Source: the human T2T-CHM13v2.0 reference genome, Homo sapiens
DNA length: 64,000 nucleotides
Direction: 5' to 3' (one strand)
Assembly (NCBI RefSeq): GCF_009914755.1
Contig: NC_060932.1
Within the stretch, counting starts at the first letter, position 1, and every line of letters starts with the position of its first letter. The notes beneath the pieces were generated by a model. That model was not told the DNA's origin, made no database searches, and saw only the letters and a list, made by a program, of their open reading frames with translations. The translations under genes and the position numbers were made by a program. Below are positions 18,601 through 30,175 of this stretch, piece by piece.

Positions 18601-21000
18601 CTTCAGTTCTCCTCTGATCTTAGTTATTTCTTGCCTTCTGTTAGCTTTTGAATTTGTTTGCTCTTGCTTCTCTAGTTCTTTTAATTGTGATGTTAGGGTG
18701 TCCATTTTAGATCTTTCCTGCTTTCTCTTGTGGGCATTTATTGCTATAAATTTCCCTCTACGCACTACTTTAAAAGTGTCCCAGAGATTCTGGTATGTTG
18801 TGTCTTTGTTCTCGTTGGTTTCAAAGAACATCTTTATTTCTGCCTTTATTTTGTTATTTACCCTGTAGTCATTCAGGAGCAGGTTGTTCAGTTACCATGT
18901 AGTTGTGTGGTTTTGGGTGAGTTTCTTAATCCTGAGTTCTAATTTGATTGCACTGTGGTCTGAGAGACCACAGTTTGTTGTGATTTCTGTTCTTTTACAT
19001 TTGCTGAGGAGTGCTTTACTTCCAACTATGTGGTCAATTTTGGAATAAGTGTGATGTGGTGCTGAGCAGAATGTATATTCTGTTGATTTGGGGTGGAGAG
19101 TTCTGTAGATGTCTATTATATCTGCTTGGTGCAGAGCTGAGTTCAATTCCTGGATATCCTTGTTTGCCTTCTGTCTCGTTGATCGGTCTAATATTGACAG
19201 TGGGGTGTTAAAGTCTGCCATTATTATTGTGTGGGAGTCTGAGTCTCATTGTAGGTCTCTAAGGACTTGCTTTATGAATCTTGGTGCTTCTGTATTGAGT
19301 GCATATATATTTAGGATAGTTAGCTCTTCTGGTTGAATTGATCCCTTTACCATTATGTAATGGCCTTCTTTGTCTCTTTTGGTCTTTGTTGGTTTAAAGT
19401 CTGTTTTATCAGAGACTACGGTTGCAACCCCTGCTTTTTTTTGCTTTCCATTTGCTTGGTAGATCTTCCTCCATCCTTTTATTTTGAGTCTACGTGTGTC
19501 TCTGCACGTGAGATGGGTCTCCTGAATACAGCACACTGATGGATCTTGACTCTTTATCCAATTTGCCAGTCTGTGTCTTTTAAGTGGGGCAGTTAGTACA
19601 TTTACATTTAAGGTTAATATTGTTATGTGTGAATTTGATCCTGTCATTATGATGTTAGCTGCTTATTTTGCCTGTTAGTTGATGCAGTTTCCTTCTAGCA
19701 TCGATGGTCTTTACAATTTGGCATGTTTTTGCAGTGGCTGGTACCAGTTGTTTCTTTTCATGTTTAGTGCTTCCTTCAGGAGCTCTTGTAAGGCAGGCCT
19801 GGTGGTGACAGAATCTCTCAGCATTTGCTTGTTTGTAAAGGATTTTATTTCTCCTTCACTTAATGAAGATTATTTTGACTGGATATGAAATTCTGGGTTG
19901 AAATTTCTTTTCTTTAAGAATGTTGAATATTGGCCCCCACTCTCTTTGGGCTTGTAGAGTTTCTGCCGATAGATCCACTGTTAGTCTGATGGACTTCCCT
20001 TCGTGGGTAACCCGACCTTTCTCTCTGGCTGCCCTTAACATTTTTTCCTTCATTTCAACCTTGGTGAATTGGACAATTATGTGTCTTGGGGTTGCTCTTC
20101 TCGAGGAGTATCTTTGTGGTGTTCTCTGTATTTCCTGAATTTGAATGTTGGCCTGCCTTGCTAGGTTGAGGAAGTTGTCCTGGATAATATCCTGAAGAGT
20201 GTTTTCTAACTTGGTTCCATTTTCCTCGTCACTTTCAGGTACACCAATCAGACACAGATTTGGTCTTTTCACATAGTCCCGTATTTCTTGGAGGCTTTGT
20301 TCATTTCTTTTACTCTTTTATTCTCTAAGCTTCTCTTCTCACTTTATTTCATTAATTTGATTTTCAATCACTGATAACCTTTCTTCCACTTGATCAAATT
20401 GGCTACTGAAGCTTGTGCTTGTCTTACATAGTTCTTGTGCCATGGTTTTCAGCTCCATCAGGTCATTTAAAATCTTCTCTACACTGTTTATTCTAGTTAG
20501 CCATTTGTCTAATCTTTTTTCAAGGTTTTTAGCTTCCTTGCGATGGGTTTGAACATCTTCCTTTAGCTCGGAGAAGTTTGTTATTACCGACCTTCTGAAG
20601 ACCACTTCTGTCAACTCGTCAAAGTCATTCTCCATCCAGCTTTGTTCCATTGCTGGTGAGGAGCTGTGATCCTTTGGAGGAGAAGAGGCTCTCTTGTTTT
20701 TAGAATTTTCAGCTTTTCTGCTCTGGTTTCTCCCCATCTTTGTGGTTTTATCTACCTTTGGTCTTTGATGTTGGTGACCTACCCATGGGGTTTTGGTGTG
20801 GATGTCCTTTTTGTTGATGTTGCTATTCCTTTCTGTTTGTTAGTTTTCCTTCTAACAGTCAGTTCCCTCAGCTGCAGGTCTGTTGGAGTTTGCTGGAGGT
20901 TCACTCCAAACCCTGTTTTCCTGGGTATCACCAGCGGAGGCTTCAGAACAGCAAATATTGCTGCCTGATCCTTCCTCTGGAGCTTCGTCCCAGAGGGGCA

Positions 21001-21002
<2 letters not shown>
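15617..21002 (-). mobile_element. Near-full-length inactive L1PA (about L1PA5-7), 5'-truncated inside the 5'UTR
   Basis: ORF1 starts at 20737 (MGRNQSRKAENSK) and is frameshifted near 20300. ORF2 starts at 19647 (MTGSNSHITILTLNV) and is broken into many fragments. The 3'UTR and poly-A end at 15617. Confidence 0.97.

Positions 21003-21052
<50 letters not shown>
21003..21052 (+). repeat. Pure poly(T)50 homopolymer
   Basis: 50 consecutive T residues directly at the 5' junction of the L1PA. Confidence 0.95.
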
Positions 21053-21053
<1 letters not shown>

Positions 21054-24000
21054 TGGTATGCTTTGATTCCTTTCTGTTTATCTTTTGTGTATCTTCTATA
21101 GGTTTTGGCTTTGTGATTACCATGGGGTGTACATAAAACCTCTAATATTTATAACAGTCTGTTTTAAGCTGATAACAACCTTCCACAATTACGTATTAAA
21201 AACTGTACCTTTCACTCTCCCTTCTCCCAACATTTTAAGTTTTAATTTCTTAATGTATTTTTAATATTGTATATCCATTAACAAATTAGTATTGCTATAG
21301 TCATTCTCAATACTTCTATATTTTTAACCTTTATACTAGAGTAAAAGTGATTTATATGCCACCATTACAGACTAGAATATTCTGAATTTGACTATATATT
21401 TACCTTTACCAATGAGTTTTATATTTTCATATGTTTTCATGTTGCTAATTAGTGTCATTTAGTTTCAGCTTGAAAAACTCCCTTTAGCATTTCTTATTAA
21501 ATGAACTCTTATTAAATGAGTTTTTGTTAAATGATCAAGAGACTTTAGTTCTTGGTAAAGAACTCTCTTTAACAGGCCTGGTGGTGATAGGCTTCTTCAG
21601 CTTCTGTTTGTGTGGAAAAGCCTTTATCTTTTCTTCATTTCTGAAGGAAAGCGTTTTTGGGCAAAATATTTTTGGTTGGATTTCTTTTTTCAGAACTTTG
21701 AGTATATTATCCCACTTTTAGCCTTCAAGTTTTCTGCTGAGAAATCTGCTCAGTCTAATGAAGATCCCCTTGTATGTAATGAGTCCCTTGTATGTAATAA
21801 GCGTTCGGTACCCACCCCACTCTCTCATCTCTCTCTTCTTTGGAATTCCGTAATTCATAAAGTATTTCTCTTGATGGTGTCACATAAACCCCATAAACTT
21901 TCTTCATTCAATTTCACTCTTTTTAAATATCCTTTCAATGGATAATTTCAACTGACCTTGTCTTTAAGTTCACAGATTCATTCTTCTGCTTGATCAAGCC
22001 TCCTGTTGAAATCTCTTTATTACAGTTTTCATTTAATTTACTGTATGCAGCTCCAGAATTTCTGTGTTATTTAAAAATGTTTTCTAACTCTGCTATGATT
22101 TTAATGTTTGTGTCCCTCTAAATTTATGTTGAAATATAACCCCTAATGCAATCGTATTAAGGGAGAGGCTTTTAGGATGTGAATAGGTCATATGGGCTTA
22201 TCCCTTGTGAATTAGTTTAATGCCCTTGTAAAAGAGCCTTCAACAGCATTGATCCTTTTTCCCTCCTAGTCCTTCCACCATGTGAAGTCACAGCATTTGT
22301 CCCTTCCAGATGATTCAGCAACAAGGCACCATCTTGGAAGCAGAGAGAAAGCCTATAGCAGACACCCAATGTACTGGTACCTTGATCTTGGACTTCCTAG
22401 CCTCCAGAAATGTGAACAATATATATCTCTCTATGTATATATTATTACCCAGTCCATGGTATTTTGACATAGCAGGGACTAAGACAATTTCTTTCTTGAA
22501 ATTCACACTTTGTTAATCATTTTCTGATGTCACTGAGTTGTCAATCTGTGTTCTCACTGAGCTTCCATAAAAAAAAATTTTGAATTATTTGTCAGGCAGT
22601 TCTTAGCCCTCCATTTGGAGGGCAGTGGTAACTGGGAAATTACTATAGTCCTTTGGTAGTATCATGTTTCCTTTTTTATGTTTCTTGAAGTCTTGAATTG
22701 CTGTCTTTATATTTGAAGAAGTAAAGACATATTTTACTAACTGGCTTTGAGAGAGAAACACCTTCACCAATCACCTGGGCTTGGGATTCTGAGGCTCTTT
22801 TAGACTTTTTCTATGGATGCAGCCACTCTATCCCTCTTGTTCCCTCTTAGGTGGGAATTCTTAAAATTGTACGCCTTGTCTGGATCCCACAAAAGTAGGC
22901 CTGGTGCTGAGAGTCTCCTGTTTGTTTTTCCTAGGGTGATGCTCTGAAATGCTCAAGTTTGTGCGCCTTCTCTCAATCCTGCTAAATCTGACTGTGCTTG
23001 TTCATGAATCATCTGTAAAGGCTCACACTCCATGTCTAGGGGATGCAGATGGGGAGTCAGCCACAGAGAAGATATTTGGGGAAGCTCATGGGCCAGTTTC
23101 TTTTTGGGGGGGTCTGGAGACAAAGTGTCCCAAGTAGTTCATGGGAGGGACATAAGCTCATGAGGCAGTTAGTAGGATTCATGGGTCTTTATTGGGTTTC
23201 ACACCCTAGTTGCTGTGAGTTCCTACCTCTCTTTCCTACTACCAGCCTCTCCCAGCTACTCAGTTATGTTGATCTCCTCAGAATTTTGGATGGGGCAAAA
23301 AAGTAGTGAGCCTCTTGGGCAGATTCCCATACAGCTCGGAGACCTGGGTGCTTACTCATTATGCTCTCACTTTCTCCCATAGGAAGAATCACATGCTTGG
23401 GGGATCTCTCTTGGTACTGAGCTGTGCCACCTTGAAGGAGGGGTAATGTGGGTAAACCAAAGCTGTTCTTCCCTCTTCAATGTGTCTATTCCCAAATATT
23501 TTGCTCCAACAGTGCGCTAGAACTTCTACACTAGACTACCGAACTCACACAAATGTCAATGGGTGGTTGTCAAAATCAGTGCACTATGGAGAGGTGATGG
23601 TAACATCTCCTATTCTGTTATCTTGCTTATGTCATTCTCTCCATTTGGACAAAGTCATTTCAAAGCTCTGTATTTTTCTCTAAACATTTCTCTAGTTGCA
23701 TCACATAAATTTTGATATGTTTGTTTTTACTCAGCTCAAAATGTTTTCTAATTTCTCTTGTTATTTCTGCTTTGGCCAATGATTAAGAGTATGTTGTCTA
23801 ATTTTCAAACATTTGGAGATTCCCATATTTCTTCTAGTCATCGATTCTAACTTAATTCCACTCTGGTCAGAGATATCTCTGTATGTTTATAATTCTTTTA
23901 AATTTATTGAGATTTCTTTGTGGCCTAGCATATGATCTATCCTAAAGAATGTTACATGTGCACTTAAAAATGGTGTATGTTCTATGGTTGTTGTGTGAAG

Positions 24001-24320
24001 AGTTCTTTATATCTCAGTTAGGTAGTCAAATTAGTTAATAGTATCATTTTAAGTTTTCAATAATCTTGCTGACTTTCTATTTAGTTGCTCTTTCAATTAT
24101 TCAGAATGGGTTATGGAAATCTCCAACTATTATTGTTGAATTGTCTATTTCTACTTTCAGTTCTGTCAGTTTTTTAATCACATATTTTAAGTGTCTAGGC
24201 ACATCTACATTTATAATTATTATATCTCCCTAATACAGTTGGATTTTTAAGTCACTACTTCTCTCCTTGTCTACAGAAAAATTTCTTGTCTTAAAGTCTA
24301 TTTTTGTCTAAAAATATCTA
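21053..24320 (-). mobile_element. Old L1M fragments: inter-ORF/ORF1/5' region, then an ORF2 endonuclease-region fragment at about 23640-24320
   Basis: L1M-like antisense text: 'ctataggttttggctttgtgattaccatg', 'ttctgctgagaaatctgct' and 'gaaatctccaactattattgt'. Confidence 0.7.
22091..22486 (+). mobile_element. MST-family MaLR solo LTR
   Basis: Starts tgctatgattttaatgtttgtgtcc, contains 'cttgatcttggacttcctagcctccagaa' and ends ggactaagaca. Confidence 0.85.
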
Positions 24321-24409
24321 TTGAACACTTGATATGTCCCAGGAATTTTGCTAGGTGCTCAGGAGCACAAATAATAATATATAGTCCCAGCCATCAAAAG
24401 CAAGATAAG

Positions 24410-24503
24410 TCATTATATATAAGTCAATATATAGATAAGTCAATATATAAGTATATATATATTATATATATACACACACATATATATATACATACATATA
24501 TAT
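24410..24503. repeat. (TA)n/(CATA)n low-complexity microsatellite
   Basis: Visible TA and CA runs, plus a short duplication of gataagtca(t/a)tatata. Confidence 0.85.
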
Positions 24504-25104
24504 GGCTGATTTCAAAATAACATAGTAAATGTTAAAGTTGAAGCAGTCACAAGATACTTTGGAGAACAGAGAATAGTCATGTGATTAAGTCTGGACTTTC
24601 AGGTAAGGCTTCTTGAGAGGGATTATGCATAAATTAAAGCATTTTAGAATATGTAAGAATGAAAGGTATTCCTGGTGGGGAAAAATGGCACAAGTAGAAG
24701 CATGTCAGCAAAGCTAGGTGAAATTTCTTAGTGCGGTCAGATTTCAGTCAGATTTTTCTTTCCATGGGTCTAGTTGAGTACATTCATAGTTTTTTCTACC
24801 TTTCAGTAACTACCATCATTGTTTTTGGACTCAGGTGGCTAGTACACCCTGTATCATGTTTTTATATGGATGAGGAGTTTCACAGGTCACGTAATACCTG
24901 GAAAACAAAGCTCCTGGATTGGTTATAACATATGACAAGAGTAATGACAGTGAAGAAGTGAATGGCCTAAGGAGGCAAACGTCAGAGGCCCCAGTTCTAG
25001 AATCTGCTCCTTGTTTCATTACCTCATATGAGGATTTCCAATTCTTTATTTATAGGGTTTAAGTTTATTGGTTATATTATAATAGTGGGGCAGATGTATA
25101 TAGA

Positions 25105-25270
25105 GTTTTGCTGTGCAAAGTATGGTTCATGGCTAGCAGCATTAACATCAACTGGGAGCTGGTTAGAAATGCAAAATCTCAGGCCTCTTCAGACACACTG
25201 AATTAGAATTTATGTCTTAGCAAGGTCTTAGGTGACTTGTTTGCACATTAAATGTTGGGAACCATTGGAT
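25105..25270. mobile_element. MER5A MITE
   Basis: 'gcagcattaacatcaactgggagctggttagaaatgcaaaatctcaggcc' and 'ttgcacattaaatgttgggaaccattg'. Confidence 0.75.
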
Positions 25271-27847
25271 TTGATCCTCTTAAAGTTATTTATAGTCTTA
25301 AAATGTATATAATTCTAAAACCCTGGTGTAATCAGTAAGATTGAAAACATTATGGAAGTTGCTTTAATTAGAAATGTGGAATTACACATAGATTTAAATG
25401 ATTAAGAAGAAGAAAAGGGATCCAACCAGATATTAGGATAATGAGTGTGATACTTTCCCTTTTAACATGTAGGATTTGTAACGACATACCTAGTGTATTG
25501 AGCAAACTCCATGGACTAATGGAATATTTTCATAAAGTGACTTTATTTTGTATTCTCATTGTCCTTTTATCTTTGTTTAGTGGGGTTAGTTTTCCATGAC
25601 TCTGAAAAACAATTTGAAAGTTCCATGACTATCTAGTCAGGGACTTTATAGTCTATTCAGGTCATAAAATATGTTTCAATTTAGAAAATAGAGCATTCAG
25701 GTCCTTCATTCAAGAGCATGCCTTATTTTCTATTCCACAAGTAGGTACAGCTCTTAGAGTGAGCAATCTGCCCTAGAGGACACATATATGGGCAGCTTCC
25801 TCCCTCTTTTTGGTTTACCTTCTTCCCCATTTGATAGCTACTGACTTTGGAGGGTGGAAGGAGTAGGAAGAGGTGATCTGGAAGGAGGACAGATAAGGAA
25901 AGTAGGAGAGTTTTTGTTTCACTGGTACTACCTTAGGCTGGTCTTGATCCTTCCCAGTTTGGCCAAACTTCTTAGCTTCTCTGTTCTGAGGTCAGTTTGG
26001 GCCTTTAGGTGTCCCTCTTGGACAGAACCTCCCTATTTCATATGGCCTTGAAAACTTGGCCTTGACAAATCATAGGGACTTAAGCCATTTCTGACCCTGC
26101 AACCATTTCTCAATCTTGGAGCAGCCATCCAGCCACTCTACTTTTATATTTAATAAGAAAGCATGAACATGAATCCACTGGAGATGTTCCAGTTGTAGGA
26201 GTCACAAATCACATTATTCGAGAGATCTTGGGAAGCGCCTCTCTCCAGGCCTCAGAATGGTGGAGCCCATGTCACATCATAATTCTCTCCAAGGCATTCC
26301 TTTCTAAAATGCCTTTCTCCATCTCCATGCTTGACCCAAACCTCAAGCTAGGTGAGGAAATAATAGCCATGAAACTGGTTTTCATACACTTTTCTTTGCA
26401 AATTTGTATCTTGATATGGTATCTGTTTGAGGAATATCAAATCTATTGACTCTTCAGAACTCATTTAAATACCCAATTAAAAAATAGAGGTGAAACTGGC
26501 CTCAGTTTTAAGAGAATAGTAACATATATATGGACTTAGTATGTCTGTTGCATAGAAGAGAAGACCATTTTCTAACAGAGTGCAGGATTTCCTTGACAAA
26601 TCTGGTGCTCTGGTGGATCACTCAAGGGATGCCCATTGGTAGGAGGGGTGAGGACTCTCTTAAAGGAAAGGAGAAAACATGTAGGATGAGCTTGTGAATA
26701 CAGAGTAGATATTTGGAAGAGAGTATGGATTTTGATTACATTGTCTGCCACATAAGTGTATTTCTAGCTCCAATTTTCTGAGACATCTGAATCCTTAGAG
26801 AATTCAGTAAATAAAACTAAAATAGCACTTTCACTGAAAGCCATAGCCCACTGTGGCCTAAACAACTCTATTTTCAGAATGTTTGCAACAGTGACCCAGA
26901 GAGGAACATACCATCTTCATAATTCTGCCATAGAAAAGAGCTCAGGAAAGGACCCAGGCAATAAAAATCTCTAAGTACTTAGGGAAAGAGTAGAGAGAGC
27001 AGATGTAGAGGCTCATGGAGCAGGTTAGTGCCTGTAGGTCCCAGGAAAGCAGTAATGTTCACACAGAGTGGTGTCCACAGAAGTATAGAGAGACTTTGTT
27101 TCTTCTTGGAGCACTGATGACTTGTATAGTATCATGACTACCACAGAAGTAGACTTGTCCATGAACCCACCAGACCCTCCCATGAACAAATGGAGGTACA
27201 GTGGAGCAGGGAGGAGCTGGAAGGGCTGAAGTTCTGTTGAAGCAGATGGGGATCGTGGCTTAATGGAATTTCAGCACAAGTGTTTGTATGATCTCATTTG
27301 TCACCCACAGGATAACAAAGCCTAAGAAAACTTGGGTTTCATAAAGAGAATGTTCAGAATGCAAAAGTCCGTCTCCTCCATAAAATGGAGTAGTATTCTG
27401 AACATTGAGAAGCAACTTGCAAAAATAGGATTCGTTGTCATGAAGAACAGGGCTAGTCTTGCTGAGGAATCATAAAACCTCATGAAAGAGCAAGCCTGCA
27501 AATGTGCTCCTTTTTCTCCATATTTTTCTCATTCTGAGGGGAGGAAACACTACAGCAATTATTTTAGACATAAACCACTGACCTATGGTTAGCAGAACAT
27601 ATAGAAGCTAACCTTAACCTTTTCATCCTCTAGAAACAGTAACATCTATTTCAATTGAATTCTGTTAAAAACACTAACCACTCTTCCTTGTACTGTGACA
27701 TTCCTTTCTGTATCCGTCAATGCCATTTTTGAATCTTCATATTTTATTCTGCCAATTTGCAAAAGTTCTCCATCTTCTTTCATTCTTTCTATTTTCTTTC
27801 TCACTTCACTCACTTTTCAAAGTAATGAGGAAGGAATATTTATGACA

Positions 27848-27852
<5 letters not shown>

Positions 27853-27881
<29 letters not shown>
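27853..27881 (+). repeat. (CA)14 microsatellite
   Basis: Perfect AC repeat. Confidence 0.95.
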
Positions 27882-28534
27882 TCCCCAAATGCTTTTCCAA
27901 ATAGCAAAAATGACTTGCTTTACCTTTTCCTTGGATAAGCATGTTATTTGAGCACTGTATTGCATGGAGACTCAATCTCATGCTAATTACTTTAGTGTGT
28001 TTAGTTTAATATTTCTTTATCTGAATCTATAGGCTGGAAAGATAGGGAGGGTATGGTCAGAGATGCTTGGACTTCGGGCCAAAGAAGAGAGTCAGACTGC
28101 CACATGAAACAAGATTCAAAGCTGAGAGCAGGGCTCAGCTGCAAAGCATATGTTTGGAGAAGAAGAGTACTTCCCTTCTTTGTAGTAACATTACCTTTGA
28201 TACATTCTTCATTTGGCAGTCTTCACTAATAAACCATATTTAAAGAAAGAAATCTTGTGAAAATTCTTGGTTTTCATCTTTCCATGTTTTAAGTTTATCA
28301 GATTCAGCAGTGCCCTTTTCAGAACATTAAGGTTAGTGGTCTTTAACAAAGATTTGTAAGGCACATATGTGCTGATATTAAATCAGATGAAACAGAATTA
28401 AGTGTTTCTGGAGAATGGAGAGGTTTAGGTTAACTTCTGTCCATTTGACTAACCGTATGGTAGTGGAGCATGACAAAAGTAAATGGAGCACAAGAGTCCA
28501 ATCCTTAGTCAGACAACGTGATTCTATTTCTTAC

Positions 28535-28937
28535 CAAGGTGAAAGCAGAGACCAGTGACTGGCTACCATGCTGCATGATTGCATTATCTGGTACATTTGT
28601 GCTGCAGCTCTGAACTAAGGAGCTGGGTCATTCTCCTATTATGTTAGACAAAGTATGCAAGTCACTGAAGGCCTTCCAGGTAGCAACATCTGGGTGATAC
28701 TTCATAGTACAAAAAGGGCCTCAAGGAACTCAGCCTCAAGTAGTTGCACAGCTGTTTCAGGTTGGAAAATATGGTGTTCTCCTTGTGAGGATGTCCTTGA
28801 AACATTTGTAGTTGCTGATTGCAAATTTCAGTTTTTCAAGAGTATTCATATAATGCTGCAAACATTTTGTGAACAACATTTTAAGGGTTGCATACTTCTC
28901 AGAGGGAGTACTTTTTGGGAACTGGTCATATAGCTCC
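28535..28937 (-). pseudogene. Candidate decayed coding exon of an unidentified gene
   Basis: Acceptor cattttatatcag|G, then 59 open codons (ELYDQFPKSTPSEKYATLKMLFTKCLQHYMNTLEKLKFAISNYKCFKDILTRRTPYFPT*). A consensus donor TTG|gtaaga lies at 28535. Confidence 0.4.
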
Positions 28938-29937
28938 CTGATATAAAATGTATGCTTTTGGAATGTAGGTTATGTGTTTCATCATTGCTCCATAGGCAAG
29001 AACAATCACAGCATTTTCTAGTTTTTGATGTGAGAATAATTGAAAATGTCCTCTTCTATTCTAACTTGGTAGTTCCTGATAGGTTTTTTTTTAACCTAAA
29101 AAAAAGGTAAAATTAATTAAACAATTGACCTCATGATCGTTAAATTTAAAAAATGACACCAAAATATTCTATTGGTATATTCAGGAAACTTGGTGCTATC
29201 CCAGGATTGAGTCAAATGTGGATCTAGAGGTTAAACACCTATCTTATTAATAGGTCTTTGGAAAAGTAGCTACTTAAAAATGAAATAATTCATCTGGTGA
29301 ATTAACTGAACCTCAAATTAGCCCCACAAGTGCTAGGTTTACGCTTTCTGTCCAAATTAATTACCTCAAAATGATAGCTTGGAATTGACCAACCATTAGT
29401 ATTCAGACTTTCTTCTACTTGGTCAAGAGGGACAGAAAAAACAAACAAAACAAACAAACAAAAAAAAAACCAAAACAAAGCAGCCAAGTGCAGAATGAGA
29501 AAAGTGATTATTCTCAATATAACCACTGCAAAACAAATTCTGAAGTCTCTAGGCACAGCAGTTCTGACCTGCCTTCCATTTCTCTACAGATCCATGTAAC
29601 TACACAGAGAGTATTTAGTGCTGTCATAAGAATTTTAAATGAGCTTGAGAGGCCATAAGTATACACCACCCTTGGCTGTGATGTTTGTGTAATAGGTTTT
29701 TCAGAGTTAAAATGAAAATCACATTTGTTTTTTGCTACTGTATTCATAATACACAGATATTGTATCATATAGAAACTTCAGGTGGTCAGAATATGGTAAC
29801 AACAAATGCATAGTTTCAAAAAACACCAAGTAAATAATTTGTCAATAAATGAAAGAATACTGGTGTTAGTACTAAAACACTAGTCACACACAACTCAGTC
29901 TAAGTAGGAAGATGAAGTTAAAAATTGGCAGGCGGCT

Positions 29938-30175
29938 GGATGTGAGGGCGATCTGGCTGCAACATGTGTCACCCCATTGATTGCCAGGGTTGATTCATCT
30001 GATCCGGCTGACTAGGCGAGTGTCCCCTTCCTACCTCACTGCTCCATGTGTCTCCCTCCTGAAGCTGCACACTTGGTCGAAGAGGACGACCATCCTGATA
30101 GAGGAGGACCGGTGTTCTGTCAAGGGTATACGAGTAGCTGCACTCCCCTGCTAGAACCTCCAAACAAGCTCTCAA
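29938..30175 (+). pseudogene. RN7SKP: 7SK RNA retropseudogene (RN7SKP type), 3'-truncated and tailless
   Basis: Colinear with 7SK from GGATGTGAGGGCGATCTGGCTG to CTAGAACCTCCAAACAAGCTCTCAA (about nt 1-238). The 18-bp TSD aaaaattggcagg(c/g)ggct lies at 29920-29937 and 30175-30192. Confidence 0.97.

Noticed and set aside
15617-21002. Potentially active full-length L1
   Set aside because: Most of the 5'UTR promoter is missing, and both ORF1 and ORF2 are disrupted.
20779-21123. 114-aa poly-lysine ORF and the opposite-strand poly-Phe ORF
   Set aside because: Artefact of translating the T50 run and the L1 5'UTR.
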